Shown piece after piece: positions 1 through 12,751 of a DNA stretch of 64,000 nucleotides. Each line of letters starts with the position of its first letter. The stretch's first letter is position 1. Both the position numbers and the translations under genes were made by a program. Origin of the DNA: Basidiobolus meristosporus CBS 931.73 (Eukaryota > Fungi > Basidiobolomycota); assembly GCA_002104905.1 (NCBI GenBank), contig MCFE01000296.1, positions 1-64,000 on the forward strand. Reading direction: 5' to 3'. The notes under the pieces were generated by a model. That model was not told the DNA's origin and ran no database searches. It saw only the letters and a list, made by a program, of their open reading frames with translations.

Positions 1-99
1 CAGGTGCAGTGATCAACTGCTAATCAATAAGGTAGAAGTGTTACTGATAGAAGGGATGATTTATTGATGAGGGATTGCTTTCCCTTAAATACTTTTCCT

Positions 100-570
100 G
101 GTTGCCAAGTGATTACTAATGACAAGGTTCTAGAAGGTTCTAGGCATCTGTGGAATTCTTGATGACATCACTATGAGCTAAAAATATGCCAAGAATGTCC
201 TGGAAGGTTCTAAAAGGCACAGCACATCCAACATATCAGGAATCAGTAGTCTGAAACCTGTGCAACATAGAAATACCATATATGGTATTGAAATGGTGGG
301 GATGGTAACACAGACCTAGGTCATGTGTCTTGCGTACTCACGTGGGTACTTGCCATATGTAAATACATATACGGATCAAAAAACTGAATAACATATGGGA
401 TAACTAATGCTAATAACTAATCAGGGTAAACATCATATGGCAATAATACTGATAATATGGGCAAAAGAAGAATGGGATAATACTGATAAGATAAAATATG
501 GATAAGTATATCATAATGGCTATATGAATAAACTTGTCTGTGGGAGGTATGTTTACCCTACCATAGCACC
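100..570. repeat. Diverged LTR-like repeat, copy 1 (related to 1260-1710)
   Basis: Shares colinear blocks with 1260-1710 (gaaggttcta..., cagcacatc, gtcatgtgtc..., gggtac, ataactaatg). Family not identified. Confidence 0.4.
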
Positions 571-1259
571 ACCGCAAAATTTAGCTTTGTTTCTTGTGTT
601 TTGTCTGGGCAATTGCCCAAGAACTTTGATCCTTCAGAATTTTCATATATATGAATCCCAGCTGAAAAATAAAAGAGAGCCTCTCTTTCCAGAATCTCCA
701 AACTACAATTATAAGTCTAAAGGCAATAAGACTTACCCTGTATTACTTGCACTGTTGAGTATTCTGACTTTGATTGGTACAACATCAGTAAAGAGGCTTC
801 AAAGCTCACAAGAATCAAATCTAAGCTTTAAAAGATAACTACCACTTTTCTGCTGGAAAAGTCCTCTCTAAGTGGGCCCTTTACTCTAAAGACACCCCTT
901 TAGGTTGAAGAGGAGTTTAGAATTTCTGTATTAGGAAATCTATTCTGAGAAAGGAAGTTGACTACCAAATAAGGAAAAGTCACTATGAAAGAAGATAAGC
1001 ACAATAGTTAGCAGAAGGTCAGAATATTACTATAGAAGTGAGAAACACTGCCTATAGTATATATTGAGCCTAATATTGAAGATATTAGCGAAAGTTATAT
1101 GTTCTATTAGTATATCATAGTCACAATACACTATTTCAGTATTAGCACACTGGAAGTTGTTGTAAATTGTTGATTAGCCTCTACATTGTAGAACAAGCCC
1201 AAATTAATCATAACACTACACAATAGGAATTGCCACCCTTGTATACTTTTCTCACTGGC

Positions 1260-1710
1260 TTTGTCATTACTAATTGCGGTGTTCCAGAAGGTTCTGGAGA
1301 TCAATATTATCTTGGTGACATTAGAATAAGCTAAGAATGTCCTAAGTAGATGCCAGAAGGTTCTAAGAGGGACAGCACATCAAACCAATCATGAAGGAGT
1401 ATTCTGACACCTGTGTAACATGCAGATACCACATAAGGGATGAGAATGGGTGGGCTGATGGCACAGTATAGTCATGTGTCATAGGTACCAGCATGGGTAC
1501 CTGCCCAATATAGAGGTACCAATATTTAGTAACTATATATATTGCATGGAATAACTAATGTAATAAAGTAAGCAGGTGAGATAGTCAGCCAGCTTATGGG
1601 ATAGAACTGAACCAATAAGACAAATGGAATAGAACTAAAATAAGGGTAGTAGAAAATATGGCAATAAGCACATATGGCAGTGGGTGTCTCTACAACCCCA
1701 CTACAACAGC
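1260..1710. repeat. Diverged LTR-like repeat, copy 2
   Basis: Colinear similarity to 100-570; no coding capacity seen. Confidence 0.4.
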
Positions 1711-2654
1711 CAGGCTACAGTACTTCACTCTTTAACTTGAATGAAAATTACTGTTGTAAAGGTTTGTAATTCCACCTAAATCTTTACCCAACTTTGTCAC
1801 TTCAATTGTTACCTTCAAGTCCTAGAGAACACTGACTAAATTCTTTGTTGGGACTTACTCATAATTTTTTCACCCCAAATAATGGGTATTCAAAACATGA
1901 AAATTCTTAAGGTTGTCCAAGTAGCCCCAAACTTTGCATACATGTTTTTGAGAACTTCCTAAACATATTCTACAATTCTGTTATGCCAATATCATGTAAG
2001 AGTATAAATCTTACTTTTACATGTAATAGACTTGTTCTGTTGGATAGTGCCACATAGTGCCAGATTGATCTGGCACTCTACAGCACTGTCTGGCACTATA
2101 ATTTCTACCATGATGCCAGTGGTATGATACATTTACTGGTAATTTTACCCAATCTTACTCATGTTGCTCAGAGTAGTGCTTTCCTTGCTTTATTTACTCT
2201 TCATAATGCTCCAGACACATTTCTCTCAGTGGATGTCTTCTCATATAAGCATACTGTGCATTAATAAGTATCTTAACTATTTTACCTATTCTGCTGTTTG
2301 TTGAAATATTGGACTATTTGGTATCATTCAGCAGCTAAAAATTTACTTAACAATTCTAGACTAGTCTTAGTCACTGTAGGACTCATTTACTGCCTTAACT
2401 TTGCCACTTTCTCCAGATAAATGATCTTATGATTATTCCCCTATAGTCAGGATCAAATTAGCACTATTACCAAACATTATGTACTAACCCTGAAACTGTT
2501 ACAGAATGCTCCTGAATATTGAGAAACCCTCCCTACTTAGTGTTACAGTTGTATTACTTCTACAAAGGTATAAATACTGAGCTTCTTTATGAATAAATAA
2601 CTGTTCAACTATTATCACTATTTCTTGATAAGTTCCTTATATCCAAATCACTTC

Positions 2655-3452
2655 TTAAATTGCAACACTGTTTTCACCTACATATGACTTTCCTCTGTAT
2701 TTACCTGCTAATATGCTGAATCTCTTCAGATATCCAAATGTGTGCTCTACACTCACTCTGAAATGATTAAATATCTGATTGCAGAGCTTCTGCTTCCTGC
2801 TAAGCACACCATTCCTTGGCTTCCTATAAGCTGTAATACATCCTAATCTGTGACAATCCTCTCCTATATAGGCTAAGCCTCCCATACATTTCTCCCCTCT
2901 ACTGAATTCAGGATGATTCTCTACCCAGAGTGCTTTGTCATGCCTACTTCCAGCAAATGGCCCACTAAACCAGATGATGCTACCCTCAATGTCAGACAGT
3001 GCTTGAAACTTCACACAGTGGGCCTTGTACTTACCAGAATAAAAGTGCCTCTGCCCTCTAGAAGGTCTGTTAATCCTCACTGGGAAGGTATTCAAAATAC
3101 TCCTGATATGGAACCGGTTGCTGAACACTCTGGGATATGGAAGTCTATTGGAGCTTCTGGACCCAGTATCCCAAGCTTGCTCTAAGTCATTCATACACTC
3201 TGCATGGTGGTTCTTCATTGCTGTCAGCTGGGAATGAAAGCTTCTAGGACTTTCATTGCCATGGATGGTGGGATGAAACCTTGTAGGGCAATAGTTCTTG
3301 TGATAGCAGAGAAGCTTAACAAGAGATCTTCTTGTGTAGATTGGTGTAGATGGTCCACTGTACTTGGAATGGATCTCCTCTAGTGTGTCAATAGGAAATC
3401 CAGTAGTAGTGATGGGATTGATGAGAAATGACCATACAGATGAGTAAGTCAT
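2655..3452 (-). pseudogene. Harbinger/IS5-like DDE transposase (DDE_Tnp_4), probably inactive
   Basis: Motifs YSGKYKAHCVKFQ, GPFAGSRHD, GGLAY and RVSVEHTFGYLKRF. Two expected catalytic Asp positions read N (ILNTFP) and G (MGGLAY). Confidence 0.85.
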
Positions 3453-3809
3453 ATTAAAATTGGTAGATGATTGTATGGCACAGTTTGAATTGATTTAGCA
3501 TGATATGCGTTATTTATCTGATTTTCCATTCATTATGATTAAGTCTCCATTAGTTGCCATGTATCACATCATTATGTTGTAAAATCACCTGCAAACAATG
3601 CCTTGGTACTTTTATTGATGCTATACTCATAGGTCTATAATCAAATAGGAAATCTGCAATTGATGTGATCTGATACGTGTCAACGCAATCCAAGATGCAT
3701 CATGCATAACATATGGAAAATTCAACATTCACATTATTTTTGATATATACTTCATATAAGACCAGGTTGATGCCAATATACTGCTGTACAAGTATCCAAA
3801 TCTGTTGCT

Positions 3810-5056
3810 ATGGTCCCCATACCAAGTCTCAACTCATCTTTAGTACAACCCAAACAAAACCCATCCCCCAGCTCACCAGTGTGGTCCAGACCGGAAAAGT
3901 CAATGTTGGATCCATTCAAGTTCTTGCCAAATGATTTTGGTATGGCCCAAGTGTCTATGATGAGCCTTCATACAGATATTTGGGCACTACACATTAATCT
4001 TGCAGAATCAGATACCTCAGAGAGTTGACAAAGATGGAAGAATTAGAATAGAAAGCTGTGGCATGAGTTCTACAACAAGATGCCAGCCAATGTATATAAC
4101 AAGATATATAACAAGACAAGTATTGAAATCAAGAATGAGCTGAGAGTGAGGGGATTTGATGAGAAAGCCGCATGGGAACAGTTTGCACGCAATTTGCACA
4201 GTACAGGCCAGACACGTCCGTTTGTGCCTCATCTTTGGGAACCAAAGATATTTTGAATGAGTTTTTGCCTCAAATGACTAATGTACTACGTGATATATTA
4301 GTAGAGCCAAGTGGCTTCTGAGAGCAATATACACAGGACTCATCCAGGCAACAGCTCCAAAGTATCAGACAGAGAGCAAGTGAACCCCTTGAGGAATCAG
4401 AGGGTCAGCTTCAGGAGGAAGAATATAGACCGCAAGCAACATTGTCCAGATCACAACAGCACGCCTTGCTGGATTCCTTACCATCTCTTGCAACCACAGC
4501 ACGCCAGCGCACATCAGTCCAGACTATGCCAACACCCTTTACCATAATTCCCCGCATTGAGTCAACGCACAACAGGTCAACGCGTGCGCTTTGGAGCAAA
4601 ACTACCAGAACTTGCCAAACTGCTCATTTAGACACAAGTCCATTGGAGCGGACCAAGTCATGTCAACATGCAGCATCACATCAAACTCAGCCAAGGGCCA
4701 TCTCAATGCATCAAGTTGCACCTGCGCGTGCCTTTTTGCCTGACCATCAGCAAGTTACTTCTGGTGAACTGACTGATGATGACCAACATGAGGTGCCTCA
4801 ACCACCAGAGCTCTTGGCAAGTAAAAGAACACGTCAGCGCGTGGCACTCCAGGCCAGTTCAGTTGGTTCAGTTGGAGCAATTCAGCGTGGCCAAGCTGCA
4901 GCAATGCACTCATCAACTAGGAGGCAAAATACTGACTACAAATACACAAGTAGCCAAGATGATAGTCAGCCAGGAAGTAGTATAGGTATGCAAAGTGAGT
5001 CACTACCAAATGCTTCAGTAATAATCCCTGTGAGAAAAAAACCCAGGAGAAGATGA
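3810..5056 (+). pseudogene. Second ORF of the Harbinger element (possible Myb/SANT-like partner protein), interrupted
   Basis: Chain of ORF fragments divergent from the transposase, including a helical segment LWHEFYNKMPANVYNKIYNKTSIEIKNELR and an S/Q-rich tail. Identity inferred from Harbinger two-ORF architecture only. Confidence 0.4.
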
Positions 5057-5755
5057 TGCAATTGCTTTGAATTGCTATTATTTGTAAAGATCCTGTCATC
5101 CCATTTTTTTTACAATCCAAATCAAGCCATTGCAAATCAGTGATCATCAAATTTTTGATATAAGTAATATCAAGGTTGTCCCACATTTGAGACAGAACCC
5201 CTTTAAATAAACACCCTGCATATATATACATCATCTGCAATACCAGTGCAGCTATTGGATCTGTTTTGCACCTACCTAATTGCTTGCATGCTAGCTATGA
5301 CACCTTGTCCAATCACTAAGATCAGGGATCTATTTGCTCAATGGGCAAGATGGGATATTTGATGACAAATCAGGTAGCTTGTTTAGTAGTCAATGTGCCA
5401 ATTGGGGGCTGCCAGCTTCAGGATACTTTTGGACCAATTAATCTCTGAGATACCATCCAATTGGAGTGATGGTAACCAAAATGGTAAGTATCAGGGTAGC
5501 TTACAGTGTGATACACATTTATTTCCATATACATTTAAGAAACCTATCCAAATACCGCATTTTACCTGCCATAATAGCGGTATCAGATTGCGCATGAGAT
5601 GCAAACATTACAAGTTGGTGCAATCATCCATGCCATCCTCATTGTGTCAGATTGTGCCATATTGTGTGAGATTGTTCCATATGGTCCAAAATTGTCCAAG
5701 AACAATCCTGCCTTCTGGTAGCTATAATATTGCGCCCAATTGTTCTTTTCAACCG

Positions 5756-6476
5756 TGGATAGTGCCACATTGAGCCATGAGTGCCAGTTGAAGCCATAGT
5801 GTACCAGGGAGGCCAAGTGAGACTATACTTGGCCACAGAGTGTGAAACAAGGCTCTGCATCTTCATGCAAAGCAGCCCCTGTGTTTCACTCATTCTACTG
5901 GAGAGAATCTATTTTTGACCTTTTTTTTTAGATCAATGTTGTGCATGAAGTGTAAGAGCCCCAAAGAACAGAAGACATGTACCTGGTACTCAATACCCAC
6001 GGCACTCTGAATCTAGCTCCTGTAGCTTGTATCACGTCACAAAAATGAATGGCACTATGTTGGTCCACTGGTACTATCTGGCACTATATTCAAATATTAG
6101 CCCTGAAGTAAGACCTATACAAAGCACTTATATTGCCAGATAGTACCAGTGGACCAAGATAGTGCCATTCATTTTTGTTACATGATACAAGCTACAGGAG
6201 CTAGATTCAGAGTGCCATGGGTATTGGGTATTAGATGCGTGTCTTATGTCCTTCTGTGCTCTTACACATCCTGTACAACATTGAAACAAAAAAAAAGGTC
6301 AAAAAATGGATTTTCTCCAACACAATGGGTGAAACACAGGGGCTACTTTGCATGAAGATGCAGAGCTATGTTTCATACTCTGTGACCAAGTTTAGGTCTG
6401 CTATGTCTCTCCAGCATGCAGTGACACTATTTGGCACTCATGGCTCATTGTGGCACTATCCAATGGAACAAGTCTA
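5756..6476. repeat. Fold-back hairpin copy 1 (arms ~5756-6088 and 6129-6476, 40-nt loop), forming the right end of the Harbinger element
   Basis: Long inverted repeat with the same loop sequence as 17846-17885; mirrored ORFs on both strands. Confidence 0.9.
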
Positions 6477-6845
6477 TTAAGTGAATACTACATAATTGCT
6501 GGAATTATTTAGTTGTCACCTAAATATTTATACTAACTTAGTCTCATAGATCTTAACATCTGATTAGCATTCTATCCTGACCAAACTTCTTGTTGGAAGT
6601 TAATTGGAATAGTTCCATCAAATGATTGGGTACCCCAATTATGAACTTTCTCAAAGTTGTCCAAAGGCCCCCAAACTTTGCACACATATTTTTGGGATCT
6701 TCTTTAACAAACTCTACATGTTTGTTTGCTTTACCTTATGAAGAGTATAAGTACTATACTTTTGATCAATAAATCTAAAAGTAAATAACATGTATATTCT
6801 GTAGTTCTCCACATCACTTATTATACTCTTCAGAATAGTGCAACA

Positions 6846-6857
6846 GGTTATGTGCCC
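6846..6857 (+). promoter_or_regulatory. Primer-binding site GGTTATGTGCCC (half-tRNA-iMet type, one mismatch)
   Basis: Immediately follows the LTR end CAACA. Confidence 0.7.
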
Positions 6858-8399
6858 CAAGCTTGCTGTCTTCTTTGTGTATACTTGGCCTTGTATCTTT
6901 TTCTGTTAGTCTGGAAAAAGACTTTCTGCACTATTGTACTGCTAAAGTTAAAGATGACTACTGCCACTAAAAGGATTATGTCCATGAGGATATTGCTGTG
7001 GATTAGTAGGCCATGCCTTCAAAAGACTCATTCAGTAACTACTCAAGCTAGTTATGAAGGAAAATCTACAAAGCTGGCATGTAAATATGTCAAGAAATAT
7101 TTTATGTTGGTATTCTACCACTACTGAAGAAAATTTTGTAATTGCAGCAATTGAGGGTCCAGATCCACAATGAAATATATTGCTATATATATTTATATGA
7201 TCTCATTTGACTGCCAGACAAGCTTTTGGATAGGATAGTATCCTGAATTGCAAGAAAAAAATAGAATGTAATGGAATGATTAACTACCTAGTAATAGAAG
7301 AGAGTTCATAAGCAAGCACCCTCAATTTTTAGGATCCTATTAATATACAACACATATTCATCCAGCTCAAGTACAGATTTGTGCCACACAATCCATTGGA
7401 AGATGATATAACTGTATCAAGTGTGTTGATACTAAAACTAATATACCAGAAGCTAAATATGGAGCTGTTAGATATGCAATCACTCTGTTTAAGTCTTAAA
7501 ATAGTGGGCAAAGGTATTACACAAATTGAGCAAAATCAACTCAAGGAAATTCTGCAGCCAGCCAAAAGAGTGAAGCAAATGATTGCATGCCTGATTGGAG
7601 TATACAACCAAGCAATAGTTGTCCAGCATATGACTAAGAGCTACTTAAAAAATAACTTAGAACTTTATACTTGTTATATATATATAAATATCACTTATAG
7701 CAGTGGGAGAAAATATTTGGTGACATTTGAATCCATAGATCAGATACCCTATGAAAAACATTTTGGTCCCACAGGTGGATCCAATCCAGATCAGCCATCA
7801 GGGTCCCATTTAGAGACTGTCATAATACCAGCAGCTTGGAGTTAGTGACCCTCCTAACAATCTCATGATGGGATCACAATAGTGTTTTGCTAATTTACAA
7901 CAAAATAAAGAGCTCAACTTTACAATATTTTGTTGGTGCTGTGACAATATTTGCATGGTATTGTTGCTGTCTTTTAGCACTCTACAACTATTTTAAGTGG
8001 ATCCAGTAGGCCAGGACATCCAATTGCCCTATATGGCAAGAAACTTGACAGTATTTTGATGGCCTCACAGCAAGATTCTGATGTCATTATATTGGCAGTA
8101 TGACAGCCTACTGCTGGTTCTGTATAATGCTACCATACCAATTTACCAAATGGTATTTCCTTTTTCTACCTCCCCTTGTGCAATTCATGCATTCCAGTGT
8201 AGAATCACCCCTCTTAATTTGCTTACCACAACTACCTAGGGTATTCCACATATAGTTCAAATCAATCAATTGCCACTTCTACCATGAATCCCTCCTGAGC
8301 ATCTGCAAAGAACTTCTTGGTATTTAGCCAATATATTCCTTCTCCCTCCTGGATTCTAGTTCCCCTTATAGGTGCTCTCTAGCTTTTGTTTGTGTGAAT

Positions 8400-10600
8400 T
8401 ACTATTGAGTGGTGTAGAAGTTGGCTTGGGACCATGAGAAATCTGACATATTGTGGTAGAGTTTTTCTGATAAAAATTAGTTGCTTGTTGTACCCAACCC
8501 AACTTTGCTTTACTTAACTGATTACCTACACATTGGGGCTGCTTAGCTTCTTAATGCCATAGACATAGGTGTCTGCATGTGCACATATCTCCTCTGTGTT
8601 TTCCAGCTCTTTCTGGCTGTACTCCATGTGCCAACTCAATACATCCATGATGGACTTGAAGATAATATTCTTGACAAGATTGGGATATGGTAGTACCTGT
8701 GACTTGACTTGTCTTCCTATCTCCCCACACATCCAGTCTATATGAGACTCCCAAAGGATGAAGCAAGGCCCAATATTCTCCACACACTGTGCAAGATGGA
8801 GTAGAGAATGGATACAGTAGTGGCAGAGATCTACAGGTTCAGCTTTATGTTTGTAAAATAGCTGCTCATATCCTGTTGCAAACTCCTCTCACAGCAGCTG
8901 TTGATGCATCAAGTTGGCATTGGTGATCCACTTCTGGATAAATATTCCTGCAATGTCCACATATGACTCCCAATGCTTCCAATGTACTCTTGGTAGGAAT
9001 GACATCAGAACACCACTTGAAGCAATACATATCCAGTTCATCCAGTCTTTACATTTGTATTGTTGCATATGTGTATGAATATTAATTGGAGCCCATAAGA
9101 AGTACATAGGGTTGAAGATACTCTGTAATATCTTGTCAATTTTCTCAAATTTCTCTGGTATCTTGATGGGCCCACTTAGCTTGGAATGCTCCATGTACAA
9201 CTTGGTCATCAGCATAGAGATATTGCTGAAAAGCAAATGCATTGCTCCCAGTGAAAAGCTTTTGCTCCAACAGATACCCTCTATCTTATGTATCTCCAGC
9301 TGCAGATTGAATCCATATTCTGGCCAATAGCCTATAGCTTGCCAACTTTGCTGCAATTGCATGCTGACTTCTGTTGTTCACTCTGTGAAAGAGAATGTTC
9401 TTTGTGCTGGTGATTGGGTAATAATAATGTGTGTGAGTTATGGAGTAAATCTTCTGGATCTTACACATTTGACAGCATACTGTCCATTGTGCCCAGAAAA
9501 CCCTGCTATCTTGATGATGGCTGTGGTATTTCCAATGCAGATAATAATATGTGCTTTTACATGACAGCCATTTACTGCTATCCTGCTGGAAAGCATACAA
9601 AATTTGTCTGGCAATGGATACAGGTAGCTATCCAGGTTGGATGGTGATATAGGCACAGATACCAGTGAGACTACCATCAGATTATTGATCTGATACTGTA
9701 AGATGAGTGGCAGAATTAGATTGATGAGAACCAGTGGCCAGCAGGATTTGTAGGCAGAGTACTTGTTTAATGAGAATCCATCAAGTGCCAAAGCAAATGC
9801 ATGGTCATACATACCTTAAAAGTAGCCCTTGCTTCTTAGCTGTCTGTAATGCTTGCCATCAAATATATTGGGTGTGTTTGCACTTGATTGATACTAAGTG
9901 CAGTACTGTATAGCTTTGTAATATTTATTGGACTGCATCAGCTTCCTCAGATGGGGTATGACCGGAATATATCTGGAGTGTGAACATTGTTTTCTCTCAA
10001 TGGTGGTGGATTCCTGACAATTTGGACATGTTGGAATGGTAGCATTTTTAGATGTGAATGCCATGCAACTGCTAACACATGTTGGAATCAGGACAGTCTC
10101 TGAACTATATGTTGCCAGCTACATGATGGTTGTCCACTTGTACCATCTACATGGTAAGTTGCATGCAGGTATGACTTTGGCAAGAAGTAGTAATAAATCC
10201 TCAAAGTCCCATTACTAATATTAGTCAAAATATGCCACTTCTCTAGCCACAACATTACATCATTCACCAGTAGATGGATTACTAGGCTCACTTGGCTCCA
10301 TAGAGTATCCTTGGCATTTGTTTCAATGGGTGTTGTCTCATTGCATATAGAGAATTGACCAGGCTCATGCGTGGTACTGTTGTAAGGGGAGATTGGCTTA
10401 AGATCCATCAGTGAGCCTCCTTGGTCAGAGCTATCACTCTGCATGCCATATTCAGAAGGCTGAGGAGAGCCTAAGGGCATCCCAAGCTCACCTGACTCAG
10501 TTTGCACAAGGCAACAAAGACAGCAAGGTACCAATATAGAAGTATTGACTGGCCAGCAAGATAATGTTGGTGCAGTAGTGACCAATGAATGGTCAAATAT
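8400..10600 (-). pseudogene. CACTA/En-Spm (Transposase_21-like) transposase remnant
   Basis: Fragments LALDGF...SCWPLVLINL, GFSGHNGQYA, SFSLGAMHLLFSNI, YKCKDWMNW and IHSLLHL...GPCFILWESHIDWMCG, with many stops and frameshifts. TIRs not located. Confidence 0.8.
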
Positions 10601-10942
10601 GACTTGGGTGGCTAAACACTGGCCGTGATCCTTTTAATACTTCCAATGCTGTCTGTGTGCTTCATGGCTGAGAGGCTTGCCACATTAGCCACATGGTCTC
10701 TTTTCTCTTCTCTTATGGCATTGATTCAAAGTAGTCTTGTCCATGGGGCAAACAGTTTGACCTTCAATAACATAATGCTATTATATATTTTTTTGGGCAA
10801 TACTCATGTGAACTTAAGACAGCCTTGTATTTGAGACATTGTACCTACATGAATGTAAGATTCAATGATGACCTGCCATAGTAAGCATTATAAATAAAGT
10901 TGTGTCACCACATACACATGTATATATAACACTATATCCCCT

Positions 10943-12751
10943 TTGGTTAGACTCACTTCCATAAACATGCTGCCAAAAAATAAAGCCAAGTTGTCTGGTT
11001 CTCAACCAAACCTCACTGCTGATGGCAACAGAAGAACAGTTGGACAACAGCTTGCTTTGACATTCAGTGCAACAAGCGCAGCTATGTCCAAAAAAAGCCC
11101 TGTGGACAGTGTGCCCATTGAAGGTAATAATGTGGACTCCTCAGGCACTCAGTCAAGTAGGCAATTGAGAACCTCTGCAGAGCCACAAGCTGATTGTTAT
11201 GCTCAGGCCAATGGGAATGTAGCAAGCACAGTACCTTCAGTTGAAGATCAGCAAGTGGCCATGACAACATCACCACCACCCTTATTAGCAAGCATGTTGT
11301 CAGCTGATACCAAAGCATAAATGAAGCAATTTGGTGCAATGGCTGATTGGATAGATGCAATGGCCCAGAGAAGTCAGGAAATAGCCCAGAAACAGGATGA
11401 GCAGATAATACACATAGAGCAATCAATATTCCAGGTAGAGAAAGCAGTATCTTTGCTGCAAAGAAGGAACTCATGTAGCTCATTGTCACAGCCAAGAATT
11501 GAGAAAAAGCCCGCAGAAAAACCTATCACAGCATGGGAGGGAGGCAATGTGGTGTTTACACCAAAGACTAAAACAAAAGACATTGAAGATCTGTGCAGCC
11601 ATTGAGTGCAATAATGCAGAGTGGGCTAATATACAAGACGCAGTCAGAAGTCTAGCATGCCATCATCTTAAGGCTGGCATACCATGGGACCATCATGAAC
11701 TCAAGGCCAAGCAGAATGCACTTGACTTGTTCCATGAGCATTATCCTGGATTCAAACAGGCAAAGATTTTGGGCCAGCATTGGTATGCTAAGAAAGTATC
11801 TTAAGAATGGCAGAAACTATCCAACTCAGAAGAACAAAAGTGCCATGGCTAAAAACCAGTGGCTTCCTCAATAGCCCATTGCAAGCAGGGCCAAAAGCTC
11901 CATACAAGCATCAAAGAGACATCAGGTACCTGGAAGAGTGCCAAATATGGACAAGCAGGCAGACACAGATGCACCAGCAAAATACTTATCAAGGAAAAAG
12001 CATAGTACCACTGAAGAAGCACCCAGTCAAAGTAGCAATGAAGGAGCTGGCAGTGATAAAGACCAGCAGCTTCTACAGGAGCCCATCACAACTACAGTTG
12101 AGAGCTCAAAACAAGTGGAAAAGAAACATCAGGTTGCCAGAAGAGTGCCAGCAAGGGACAAGAAGGCTAAAACAGATTTGTCAGAGCAGAATTTATCCTG
12201 GAGAAAAAATAGTTCTATACAAGAAGCACTCAGACAAAGTAGCAGTGGAAGACCTGGCAGTGATAAAGGAAAAGGTAAAAGGAGAAATGTCTACCCAAGC
12301 CTGAGACAGGGAGGCATCAAAAACACTGCAGTTCTTGCCAATTAATGCTGCAAGCCAGGAACAGACTGAGTCCCATCATAGACAAGAATTATCAGCAAGA
12401 AAATGGCTGCTTTCACAAGAGTTGGAAGTACTACCAGTTGAGCAACACTCCAGCAAGGTAGATGAGTATGCTGAAAAAGGCAACTTGTCTACCACAGCCT
12501 CCACAACCTTCATTGTTGACAGAGTGGAGTTCCCACTGACAGACAAGGCTACAACATTAAGAGCTCAAAAGACTTTCACAATGCCTTCAGTGGAATTTTG
12601 GAGCATTAAAAGGTACATCAAGAGGTTGCAGCACTTTTTCAAGAGCAGTGCTCAAGAAAATGCACTGGAATATTGCAAGGATTTATTGCAAAGACTGGCA
12701 GATGAGGAGCTAGACCTTGCAGTGCCAGCTGAAGACCAGGATGTGTGGTAA
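10943..12751 (+). pseudogene. Putative accessory ORF of the CACTA element, head-to-head with the transposase
   Basis: Chain of same-strand K/S/Q-rich ORF fragments with an internal duplication (11995-12060 vs 12205-12268). No recognisable domain. Confidence 0.4.

Larger units (their letters stand above)
2027..6476. mobile_element. PIF/Harbinger-superfamily DNA transposon, degenerate
   Basis: Terminal inverted repeats TAGACTTGTTCyGTTGGATAGTGCCACA...TGTGGCACTATCCAAyGGAACAAGTCTA, flanked by TAA (2024-26) and TTA (6477-79). Contains a DDE_Tnp_4-like ORF and a divergently oriented second ORF. Confidence 0.75.
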
